From contig JBHGNT010000013.1 of assembly GCA_043228905.1 (NCBI GenBank), positions 8,618,001 to 8,682,000 of the forward strand: a DNA stretch of 64,000 nucleotides. The letters run 5' to 3'. Below the pieces are notes generated by a model. It did not search any database, was not told the DNA's origin, and saw only the letters and a list, made by a program, of their open reading frames with translations. Position numbers and translations under genes: made by a program. Below are positions 12,669 to 24,912 of the stretch, one piece after another. The stretch is from Azolla caroliniana (Eukaryota; Plantae; Polypodiophyta). Each line of letters opens with the position of its first letter. Position 1 is the stretch's first letter.

Positions 12669-13932
12669 ACGGATCATCCTCAATCCGATGGACAGACAGA
12701 ACGAGTAAATCAAATTATTGAGGACATGCTTCAAGCATATGTTGGTGCAAAACCAACAAAATGGGAACTTTATCTCCCAATTTTGGAATTTGCTTATAAC
12801 AGCTCCAAGCATACGTCGACAGGATATAGTCCTTTTATGTTGATGTATGGTTTTCAGCCATGAGCCCCGATTGATGTTAATATACATCCTGATAAGTTCG
12901 CGAAGTACACAAAAATTTCTTGGGGATATGCAAGATATGTTGCATATTGCACGAGATAATATAAAAATAGCTCAAGATAGAGCACATTTTTATGCCGATC
13001 ATCGTAGGCAACCTCGTGTATTCAACCCCGGACAGAAGGTATTTTTACATGTACCTTACAATTCTAAGACATTGTCTAAGGGTAAGTGCGCTAAGTAAGG
13101 CCCATGGTTTTGTGGACCTTTTACAATCCTCAAATGCATTGGGTCATCAACCTATCATCTCGCTCTTCCCGATGGTGTTGAAATTCATCCAGTTTTTCAT
13201 GTGAGTCGTCTAAGAGAACTTCTAGGTTTTGGCGACAATACAATTACAACTGAAACTTTGGTTACTTCTGAAGAATTATCTTCTAAACCACATGTACCAG
13301 AAAGAATTCTCAATGTTAAAACAAAAAAATTACGTACTAAAGAAATCCGAGAATTTAAAATAAAATGGATGGATAAATCAATAATAGGTGCCACATGGGA
13401 ATGTGAAAATACTTTCAGAACTAACTTCCCTAACTTTCCATTGCAAGAGTGCAATGTTTTAAAGAGGGGAGTATGTTACAGGCATTGACCATATAATATC
13501 CCGTGGTGAGAATTTACCGTAGTATTCTATACACGTGGATAAGTGTGAGGGTTAAACGAGAGTAAAGAAGGGGAGGATTACTTTTAATACTCGGGATTGA
13601 GACAAGCCATTACGCCAAATCTGAACTTGCTTGGGGGCCTTGGGTATCGCTATAAATAAGAGGCCTAACTACCCTCATTTCATCATCTTTTGACTATGTC
13701 GAGACTCTATTTCGAGGTGGTTTAACTCTTGTAGCGAGCGAGCTAGCACCAGGTACGACTCAAAGCCACGACGGTGGTATGGGACACCGATCGAGGCTCG
13801 AGTCCATCTCGATCCCTTCGCTCAGGGATGGTCCGGTGGATTGGCACCCTTCTTTCTCTCTGTCCTTTCTATCTATCTATCTATCATTCTTTTCTCCTTA
13901 TCATACGCTTACATTAGATCATATCTCTAATA
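12669..13932 (+). mobile_element. 3' part of decayed chromovirus B: integrase C-terminus, chromodomain, PPT, 3' LTR 13474-13932
   Basis: [15 protein letters not shown]; PERILNVK...KIKW...ATWE; PPT AAAGAGGGGAGTA then TGTTA; LTR ends TAATA where copia sequence resumes. Confidence 0.9.
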
Positions 13933-16485
13933 GCACCATTATGAGTACATGACGTAAGTGGCGGAAATGCGTGAGCCGGAGAGCTATGTAGAAGCGGTGA
14001 AAGACGCAAACTGGTGTGTCGTGATGGAGGAAGAGATGCACACGTTATCAGTCAATGAGACTTGGGACTTGGTTGACGCATCGAAGGGTGTGAAGCCGAT
14101 CGGATGCAGATGGGTGTATAAGGTCAAGTACAAGACCGATGACCCTGTCAACCGCTATAAGGCCCGATTAGTGGCAAAAGGCTACGGGCAGAAGCACAAC
14201 GTGGATTACGATGAGACCTTCGCGGCGGTCGCGAAGATGACCACTATGCGTGTTCTGCTAGCCGTAGCAGTGGCGAAGGGGTGGCATCTACATTAGATGG
14301 ATGTGAAGAATGCGTTCTTGCAAGGTGACCCTGAGGAGCAGGTGTACATGGTACAACCCCCCGGATTCTTATCCGAATAGAACACTTCAGTAGTGTGCCG
14401 ATTGAAGAAGTCGTTATACGGACTTAAGCAAGCCCCACGAGCTTGGAACGTGAAGATTATGCAATGGTTGCGTAAGATGGGGTGCGTCATCGAAGTCAGG
14501 CTCTTCATTGTTCGTTCAACAAGGTCAACATGGACTGGTTTGTCTTTCTTTATGTTGATGATTTAGTCATTGCCGGCGCCGACCTGGATGTAATCGGTCG
14601 CATAAAGGCTCACCTTGCGGCATCATTTGACATGAAGGATCTTGGAGACCTTCATTACTTCCTTGGGATCGAAGTGATCCACACCCCCGAAGGCATATTG
14701 ATCAGCCAACGTCATTACGCGCTGGATATGGTCTTCAAGTTCGGGATGGCAGATTGTAAGCCCATCTCGACCCCTATGGATAGAAACGTCAAGCTTCGCT
14801 GAGATTCCGGAAAGGCGTGCGACCTGATATGGTTATGATAGATTGTCAGAAGCCTAATCTATTTGACGATCACTCGGCCGGATCTCAATTACCCGGTCGG
14901 CCTGATTGGTCAATTTATGTCGTAGCCCACGGCCGAACACTTTCAGTGTGCGCAAAGGATACTACGATATGTCAGTGGCACTAAAGACATGGCGTTGTTG
15001 TATCGGGCAGGCGTAGCCGAACAGTTAGTTGGTTACATTGATGCCGATTGGGCCGGAAATGCCAACGATCGTATATCCACATCTAGATACGCATTCTCAA
15101 TGGGAAGTGCAGTGATTGCGTGGAGTAGTAAGAAGCAGCCAACAGTAGCACTGTCGAGCATAGAGGCCGAATATTGAGGGGCGACTGTCGCTACATGTGA
15201 TGTCATTTGGCTAAAACGGTTATTACGGGATCTGCATGTGGAGGTGTCCACTCCGACGGCAATCTATTGCGACAACCTCAATTGCATCCAACTTGCGAAA
15301 AACCTTGTATTTCATGCTTGGACCAAGCACATTGAGGTGCATTACCATTTTGGCCGTGAGTGTGTCCTCTCCGGTGAAGTCAAACTAGCATATGTTCCGA
15401 CAGGTCGGCAAATTGTCGACGTAATCACCAAACCACTTGGTCTCGACAAGTTGCGGCAATTCTCGGATGCGCTTGGGTTGTGCCACCTCGACACGCCGAA
15501 CTTGAGGGGGAGACATGAACAGGAGCGTGAGTTTGAAAGGAGCGGAAGTGATCATCGCGGCAGAACTGATCACCGTGATGTCAAGTTGGATGAAGAATTC
15601 GATTTCGAGTCAGTTGAAGAAGCCGAAGATGAGTACAGGGGCCGTAACCGTAGGGAAGAGCTGAAGATAGCCGAAAAAGGGGGCGATAAGGCCAAGACCA
15701 AGACATGGTCTGACATTGTCAAAGGCCTAAAGACTGAAGACGAATGGAGACAACCAATTCGGACATAAGTGGAAATGAATCGGAAGTGATCGATTCAATC
15801 GAAATGTTCGATTCGAACATCCCGAATCAACTGAGGGCCAAGTGGAGGAAAGGGCAGCAAAAGAAGCACCAGCACTGCGACAACAAGGGAGCTGAGAAGC
15901 GCCACACCAGCAGACAAGCCGATCAGAAGGGTCGAGGCGCGCGGAATCGAACGGGTCAAGGAGCGCGTGAAGCCAGGGGAAGCCGGAGTGAAGATCCGGA
16001 AGAGCAAGAGGAACCTCAAGTTGAGCTTGAGGGGGAGTGTTGAGATACAAACTCAAGATTGGGTGAATAAACGGGTGCGTAACCCAGTGCGTAGACTAGG
16101 TGCGTAAAACCGTATGCACAAAGGCCGTAACGGTGCGTAAGCCGAGAGGCCGTTAGAGCATTATTCCTTGTAAGGAATAATTTTGGGAGTTAGTGTAGGA
16201 GGCTCATTAATGAGCATTGAAGTATGTGTCAATACTCTGATAGTACTTCTGTCTATCCATAAGGACTTGTATAAAAAGCGTCGGTTGAGCGCATCTTGTA
16301 GAGAGTGACTGAGAGTTATTTTTGAATCTAAGTTTTTGTGTATTCTACTCAATCTCTCTCATTCTTTGTTTCTCTTACATACGTTTTGTCATGTTCAAAG
16401 CTTTCCATTAAACCTTCTCTTCATCATCTGTGTTACACGGTTGTGTCTATTACGCTTCCACACACACACACACTATTCTTTTACA
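13933..16485 (+). mobile_element. 3' half of Ty1/copia element (copia X1): RT, RNase H, extension, PPT, 3' LTR 16038-16485
   Basis: YKARLVAKG, LYVDDL, YIDADWAG, TKHIEVHYHF; TTGAGGGGGAG|TGTTG; LTR end CTATTCTTTTACA matches the related copy at 55624. Confidence 0.92.
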
Positions 16486-17227
16486 GAAAATGAAGGTATG
16501 ATTCCAATGGAACCTCCTTTGTCATATAAAAACTTATAAGCATAGAATCTATCTAGCCTAGACAAATTCGTATGTGACTGTCTTCTATTTGATCTTGAAT
16601 ACTCTTAAGGAATCCTGTATCCTTGCAAAAGAATACACATGCCACAAGTCCAATAAACCTAAAGAAAAAATTAAACGTTCCCATTCATATAGTTCTAAAC
16701 CTGATATTGTTTGTGATGTGCCTCCTAACCTATTACACCCATCCTCCAACATATTAAAATCACCCGCAATTGCCCAGTGGTCAACAACCGGTAATTGTGC
16801 CATTAGGCTCTTCCAAAATATCATTCTATCTTTGGTATGATTTGGTGCATATATATTCAACAATCCCCATTTTTTCAAACCAATGTGAAGAATTACATAA
16901 TGACCTCTACCACAAGTCAAGAATTCCTAATGTAAGAAAGAAGACCACCAAATGTCATTTATTGCAATGCAAAGTCCTGTCTTCAGATTATTATCCCCAG
17001 TTGCAAGCACCTAGAACTGTTTCCATTGGCTTGGCAACAAATTTCCATATTTTTGTATCCTTTGTTCATTTAAATGATGCTCTTGAATAAGAAGAACATC
17101 AATCCTACCTATCAAAGACTTCCTTAATTGATGACGGAAAACACTCATTACTTTATGGTAATGTCTGCCTCCCACACTCCGTACATTCCATGAAATAATA
17201 TTTAACCTAACCATCATTCATGTTTTG

Positions 17228-18066
17228 TGACGGGAACCTAACGTTCCTTATGCGCAACACCCGGCCACAACCGAGATTCTTTTCATACACAGAAAAAATG
17301 GGAAATACAACACGATACAAAGGAGAGGAAGATACACACACACTACACAGGAGGTTAACGTGGAAAACCCCAAACTGGAGGAAAAACCATGGCAGCCCAC
17401 AGGCTGCAAACTGTCACTATGTATGAATGTACAAAACAGTGAGTTCTTGGAGGCAACGACCTCGGACTCACGCTCTTCGCCACAGGCGGCGGTTACAACA
17501 GAGGCAACGACCTCTTTCTCTCTCTCTCTGTCTGTACACTATTACGTGCTCTCTCTTCTTCTTGCAACAACAAGAAAAGTAACAACAACTGCAGTCACTA
17601 AAAGTTTGCCCTAAGTCATATTTATACTAATATGAATTTTCGGCTATTTACAAATGTAGCCTCGATGGGCTCTCAGAAACATATTTACGAATATGTCTCT
17701 CCATCCGGTTCATACCGGGTCTGTACCATCCGGCTCTCCGTAGCTGGGTACTCCTCATCCGGTTCATACGGGGCCTGCACCATCCGGCTCTCCGTAGCCG
17801 GGTACTCCTCATCCGGTTCATACCGAGCCTGCACCATCCGGCTCTTCGTAGCCGGGTACTCCTCATCCGGTTCATACCGGGCCTGCAGCATCCGGCTCTC
17901 CGTAGCCGAGTACTCCTCATCCAGTTCACACCGGGTCTGTATCATCCGGCTCTCTGTAGCCGGGTACTCCTCATACCATTTCGGCCTCAGCCTATCGGCC
18001 TCGGCCGAGTCTGTTCGTCGGCACTGTTCTTCTCCCTTCCCATCTGGAGGGACCTGTCTCCCAACA
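17228..18066 (-). mobile_element. Solo LTR (839 bp) of the Tnt1/Tork-like copia family
   Basis: TG...CA, TSD TTTTG on both sides; homologous to 46180-46907 and 59010-59642; five 54-bp repeats. Confidence 0.93.
17700..17977 (-). repeat. 5 x 54-bp tandem repeat in LTR U3
   Basis: Unit GAGGAGTACCCGGCTACGGAGAGCCGGATGGTGCAGGCCCGGTATGAACCGGAT; 18-aa periodicity in the overlapping ORFs. Confidence 0.93.
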
Positions 18067-21000
18067 TTTTGCACTCCTACTCTCCTTTCGGCAAGTGCAA
18101 CGTCTCAACACTTCCTTCCATCCTTCGAGGCCTGTAATTGTCTCTTATTTGACCAAATGTCTTTCCTAGTCAACTTATGTGCCCGCACTAGCATATGTTT
18201 ATCTATAATAGAAACCCTATCGGACGACTTAGCAACTGTAGTAAAAGCAACTATATTGCCACAATTCATGTAAGCATGTGTAAGGTCAACCTTGACCACT
18301 TCATTTTTTTTCTTTTTAAACTCTTCCAAACCTACGGATCTATCAATTTTTTGTACTAGATCTAAAAATAGTTGTTTATCGTTACTAAATTGATTATTAG
18401 CCTTAAAAACAGATTCTACATCTTGTACCTTAGAAAATGTGCCTTGCGAATTATGTTGCTCCATTGTGAAAACTAGGAGGGAAAAACCGTCATCCACTTG
18501 ACTAATCCCCACCTCCTTTTCCACTTCCTACAAACAGTGATAAGGGTTATCTTCAAGTAATAATACTGGATTAACCAACTTATGAGTCGGTTTAAAAACA
18601 TGTTTAGTAGCAACTGTAGACCAACCCTCATTATTAACATTCGGTCGAGTAGGTGAATCTGCTTCAACATTTGGCTGACGCTTTTGACAATCTCTACCTA
18701 AATGACCAAATTGTCGACACACAAAACATTGATTAGGAAAGCCTTGATAATATACCTTTTGCACAACCGGTGATTTATTTATAAGTAAGTTAGGTAAAGC
18801 AATAGTTGTCGGCAACCGAATAGATGTTGGTGCGATAAACCAAACAGTAGGGACCCCATCCACCTGTCCATCACGCGTAGCAATGACCTTACCTAACAAA
18901 GTCCTAATACGAGGAAGAACATTCCTCCATTCCTTCCTCAATCTAGGGAATACTGCCGTAAAAACCATACTAGACTCTTGATCCTGCAATATGTCATCTA
19001 CCTTAACATTATGAGACCATTTATGAAAAGATACCCACACACCTTCCACGCCCGCCTCCTTAATTGCTAGTAGCCTTGTGACGGCCTCCTTGCTTGCAAA
19101 TTCCACATGGTAACTTCCTCGAGACATGAATTGAATATCGATTATCTTATCCGCTTCCTTAGAGAAAGCCACGTACAAAGTTTTTGTGGTTGCGCTATTC
19201 GTGCCATACATGACATGTTCTTTTCCTGTCTGCTGCATCGTCTCTAATGATAAAAAAAAACCCACCCACACTAGTTTTAGTACATCTTTTTCATCATTAT
19301 TGGCTCACTATGCTGCTCACAATGGGCTAGTAGGCAACTTAGAGAGTTCTTTAGTCATCTCCCAGATGCACGATGTTAGACTTTCCTTGTCAACATTCAA
19401 CACCTCCACCACCACCTTCGATACCCTCTCAATCGCACACCAAGCCCATACTACTCTATTCTCCTAGCGACCAATTCACCCCCTTCACAACGACCACCTC
19501 AACAGCAACCCTCACCTAATCTGGCCATGCTTCACTCATAACGTCATGCACCCAGGGTGTGCACTGATTAGGTTGGGGGGATATTAAAGAACCACAAAGA
19601 TATGAACACTAGGAATATACATATAAAGCTCAAGAGGATACTAGAAAGCGGTATAGAGTAAATCTCACTTAAAACTTGTAGCCAAATGGTTACCCTAATA
19701 AAGGGGTCCAACCTCATTGTAAAAAGCTATAAAATACATATTTTGGTAACTGTAGTAACTTTCCTTCCTTCTTGGGTTTTCTAACTCTTCCTCTCAATCT
19801 TTCTCTTGAGCCCAAGAGTGATTAAGGCTAAGAGCTAATTAGCCAAACTCTAATCACTCTACCTATTGTATGTGTGTGTGTATACATTTCCTTAATAATA
19901 CAATGTTCTGATGCCAGGAGCGCACATGAGGAAATGAGTTGGATTAAGTATATATAAAAGATTGAAAGATAGAGCAAAGGATTGAAAAAGAGGTCACGAG
20001 ACAATGTGAAGTTAATAAACACCCATGACCTCTATTACTATGTGTTGACATGACAATTTTCATCCATTAACGTCATCCATCTTGACTTTTGCGGCTTGCT
20101 CTTATCTACATCTGCTGTTGTCATCATCTTGACTTCCGCAGGTTGCTCTCATCTACGTTTGTGGTTGCCAATATCTCAACTTCTGTTGCATGCTCTCAAC
20201 CTTCTACAACTACCGGTGACATTAATTGACGTCGTTGAATCTCTCTCTTCTCTCACCTCTCTCAACCTTTTTTCCCTTTTCTATATATTACCTCTTAGTT
20301 TTGTTTCTTTTTCCCCCTTCTTTACTCCTTATTTTTCAGCTCTTCCAGTTGGATGGATTTCAATGCCATCAGGAAGAGCGAGACGATAGGTTGATGAACC
20401 AATGCGTTTGAGGATTGTAAAAGGTCCACAAAACCATGGGCCTAACTTAGGGCACTTACCCATAGATAATGTCTTAGAATTGTGAGGTACACGTAAAAAT
20501 ACTTTCTATCCAGGGTTGAATATACGAGGTTGCCTATTATGATCGGTATAAAAACATGCTCTATCTTGAGTTGTTTTTATATTATCTCGTGCAATATGCA
20601 ACATATCTTGCATATCCCCAAGAAAGTTTTGTGTACTTCACAACTCATCATGATGTATATCAACATCAATTGGGGCTTGTGGTTGAAAACCATACATCAA
20701 CATAAAAGGACTATATCCCATCGATGTATGCTTGGAGCTGTTATAAGCAAACTCTAACATTGGGAGATAACATTACCATTTTGTTGGTTTTGTACCAACA
20801 TATGCACGGAGCATGTTCTCAATAATTTGATTTACTCATTCCGTCTATCCATCGGATTGAGGATGATCCATGGAGCTCATGCTCAATGTAGTTTCTAACA
20901 TCTTAAAGACTTGCACCCAAACGTTGCTAGCAAACTTTGGATTTGAACTCACGATATCCATCGGTAACCTATCAAAATGAAATAACTCGTCAACGTCTTG

Positions 21001-21725
21001 GTAAGCCAATTCAGGAGCTGTTACTGTGGTTTTAGTAGCAATAAATCTGGCCATTTTAGTTAGTCGATCAACCACAACCTAGATGGCATCATGGCCTTTT
21101 TGGGTGTGAAGAAGGCTAACAATAAAATCCATGGATATACTTTCCCACTTATTATTGGGAATGTCCAAGGGATGTAAAAGTCTTGTGGCTTTAATCGCTT
21201 GGCGTTGTTAACCTGACATTGGTGACATTTAGTCACATAGCTACGTATGTTAGGACACATCTTAGGCCAGTAGAATTGAGTCGAGATGAGAACGAGTGTA
21301 CGATGTATTCCAGGGTGCCATGTTGAGGGTGCATCATGGCATTCAAAAAGAATTCTCTTTTTCACCTTAGAAAAATTTGGATCACAAACCTTCCCATTAC
21401 GGTAGAGCAGACCGTTAACAATGTGGAAGGATTCCTTTGAGGATGTGGTGGTGTCTGTTCCAGACTCAACTCTTGCCCAGTATTTCACAAAATAACTGTC
21501 ATTAGGATACTTTCATCGAAGGTGATCATAAAGATCTGATGTTATTTCAATGAAGCTAAGCATGTTAACTTCACGGATGCGACTTAGTGCATCAGTGATA
21601 GTGTTCATGGTACAATGTCGTATGGAAAAATCAAAGTCCTGGATGAGATCTGGCCATTGTGCCTTACGACCTTTAAGGTCTTGTTGGTCACAAAAATTTT
21701 TCAAGGACTCATGGTCTGTAGTTAT

Positions 21726-22185
21726 TGTTGAGAATCAAGCTCAACATAGTCCAATGTGTGAACACACCTTTTGAGAATCCATGATTACCCAAAGGTCAAG
21801 AGTCACACCACTACTCTCTACACATTAACTATGTGTCATAGAATCATATTCTATGACACATAACTAATGAGTTACATATTCCCCATGACTATGAGTTTTC
21901 ACATTCCCCAAGAGAGAGAGTGGTTGTTGTAAGTTAATGAAGAGAGAGGGTGACTCTATATAAAGCACCCTCCTCATACTTCATATTAAGTCGGTTGTGA
22001 CTCCTTATAATGCTACAGTTTTGTACCTCTATTCTACTTGTGAAATATACACTTTCTTCTTGAGTATTTTATTTCTCTTGCTTATCTATCTTGTGTTTTC
22101 TTCTCTCCTCTATTTTTCTCTCTCTCACACACACCTAATAGACATATCTATTCCGTTGCACAAGAATCACCATTGATTCTTTATA
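21726..22185 (+). mobile_element. Solo LTR (460 bp), family unknown, inserted in RNase H of chromovirus C
   Basis: TGTTG...TTTATA (mutated CA), TSD GTTAT/GTTAC; splits the FVVT|TDH motif; has a TATA box and CT-rich tract. Confidence 0.82.
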
Positions 22186-24912
22186 GTTACCACAAAATGA
22201 TTTCCATAAAGATAATGGCGCCATGTCTTGAGCGCATGTATAACTGCAAATAATTCCTTTTCTTGCACGGTATACCGACACTGATTAGAATCAAGTTTCG
22301 TACTCTCAAATGCTATTGGTTTACCATCTTGATATAGGAAGAGACCTATAGCATAATCACCTGCATCGGCTTCAACCTGAAAAGGTTTTGAAGGATCGGG
22401 TAAAAGAAGCGAAGGAGCCTTGCACACCAAGTCCTTGACTTCCTTAAAGGTGAGTTCTAGAGTAGCATTCCACACAATATGTTTTGTAGACTTACGCGTT
22501 TGACCTTTGAGAAGATCAACAAATGGTGTCGTCAATTGGGAGTAATTACGAAGAGATTTTCACAAAAACCCCACAAAACCTAGGGATGATCGAACTTCTC
22601 GAATATTCCGAAGAGTGGGCCAAAGTTTGACTTTCTCGATGTGAGAAGGATCAATTTCAACTCCTTGTTTGGTTATGAGATGTCCAAAAATAAGTAATTG
22701 ATTTCTTGAAGAACTCGCATTTTGAGATCTTTGCATAGAATTGCTTGTCACGCAATGTTTGTAAAACAAAGCAGACATGTTTAACATGTTCTTCTAACTT
22801 ACGACTATAAACTAGAATATCATCCAAAAAAATAACAACAAATTTTCCAAGTTGTTCTTTGAAAATGTCATTCATTTCTTGTCGAAATGTGGTTGAAGCA
22901 TTGGTCAAACCAAAAGGCATGACCAAAAACTCATAATGGCCATAGCGCGTATGAAATGCCGTTTTAGGAACATCTTCCTCACTTATACGAATTTGATGGT
23001 AGCCTGTACGGAGATCAAGTTTCGTAAAATACCAAACTCCTTGGACACGGTCAATTAGATCATTAGCTTGGGGCAATGTATATGAATTCTTGATCGTCAC
23101 TTTATTCAAGCGTCGGTAATTAATACACATACGCCATGTGCACTCTTTCTTTTTTACCAAGAGAACAGGTGCACTCCGTGGAGATTTACTATAACGTATA
23201 GAACCCATTCGTAAATATTCCTTGAGTTGCTTAGATACCTCATCCTCTTTGGATCGACTTATTGGTGCAACACCAAGTACAATATCTATACGATTGTCTA
23301 TATTACGTTTAGGAGGTAACCTATGTGGTAGTTCACTCGGAAAAACATCACGAAAATCATTTAAGATTTCATCGAGTTGTTGTTGTTCAAAATATGATAA
23401 TTGACCCGAGACATTATCGATATTATAAACGTGAATGTTCGAATCAAGTACACAATAAAATAAAGAAGAACAAGACAACCTGAATATTGATGGAGAGGAA
23501 ACAATCGAAAGAGATTGTTTATTTACACATTGAATAAAATGAGTACAATCGTTCAGTACAAAGGAAATGGAATGGCAAACCCAATCAATAGACAAAGAAG
23601 AGTTTTTATTATAAAACTAGGGATAACCCAGTATTACATCAACGGTACAAAGATTCATTATATGGAAGTCTCTTTCCTCTATATAAGTATCAATAGAAAT
23701 TCCTAATGAATGAATCGCCCTATTGAAGTACTGTACTCTTCCATTTCCCTATAAGTGTGATCACTTACGGTGGGTTGGATTCCCCATATCTGAACCAAAT
23801 GATCATTCACAAAATTGTGTGAGCTTCCCGAATCAAATAAAAATTGTATGGGAGATCCATTGATATACCTGTTCGCACGTAGTAAATCATTGGGTCCAAA
23901 TACATAGTGAGGGAAAGAACATTTACAATTACTTAAATGAGGGAAAGGACATTAAGAATCTAACCTTTATGGTCTACAGCTTTTGTTTTGTTGACGCGGT
24001 CCTTCCGTTGGAGCTTTCGACATTGCTCTTTTGTATGACCCTTCTTTTTGTAGAATACGCAAAAAGGATTTTGTCGCTTACAATCGTGATCCATGAATTC
24101 GTTGTGTGTCTTGCGTTTCCCAACAAATTGCGACTACTTAGTCCCGAGCACTTCGTTGGGTTTGTTATGGTCCTTCTTCGAAGTGCGTTGATAGAGAAGA
24201 ACTATTTTAATGGCCTCTTTGAAGGATTTGGCATACTTATCGTGCACTATCCAGTGATAGTCCGAATTAGGGATGCCATTGACAAAACAAGCTATCAACC
24301 AATGGTCCCCTTCTCGACCCAATTTTTGGATTTGGGTTCTAGCATGGTGAACATAGTCTTCTAGCAAGGAAAACTTCCTACTAGAGAGGTTCATTAAAGC
24401 TTGTGCTGCCTCAATTCATGATGGAGATTGTAGAAATTGGCCCTTGAAAACTATGACAAATTCTGTCCAGGTATCGGGAAATTTCCCCAAAGTGCGGAGC
24501 CCACACCACCAGGTGGTGGCCTTACCCCCCTAGTTCTCAGCCGACATATGCAATCTTTATACTATCTAGCTTGGGATAGAGCTCAAAATGAGACTCCTAT
24601 CGGCTCAACCACGTGCAAATTGCTTCTTCGGTTCTTTCCTTTTTTTTTCCCGCATATGGCTTTATGACAAATAATGGTTCACCCTGACTCTCATCGGATC
24701 TATTAGTATCACATTCTAAACTAAGGACACATGCCTTGAGAGCACTATGAGATTGCTGAAGTTTGGACATCTCATGCGTGGTTGAATTAAGGAAATTTTG
24801 TATTTGTATCAAATACGAGTCAATGGGGATTGGCCTAGGAGGATTTCCTTGAATTCCTTTCGCTTGATCGGTGACATCGGATCGTTATTATGAGCCATTG
24901 AATGATAATTTT

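Larger units (their letters stand above)
16486..19530 (-). mobile_element. Decayed L1-type LINE: ORF1 (~18090-19528) and the APE endonuclease part of ORF2 (16486-17217)
   Basis: ISWNVRS, LLIQEHHL, LNIYAPN, IAGDFN endonuclease motifs; ORF1 knuckle CFVCRQFGHLGRDC. The 5' boundary is approximate. Confidence 0.87.

Noticed and set aside
17632-18273. Repetitive ORFs (213, 129, 93 aa) as proteins, or the array as CRISPR
   Set aside because: They come from a 54-bp LTR tandem repeat with no unique spacers and no cas genes; the homologous frame at 46240-46400 contains TGA stops.
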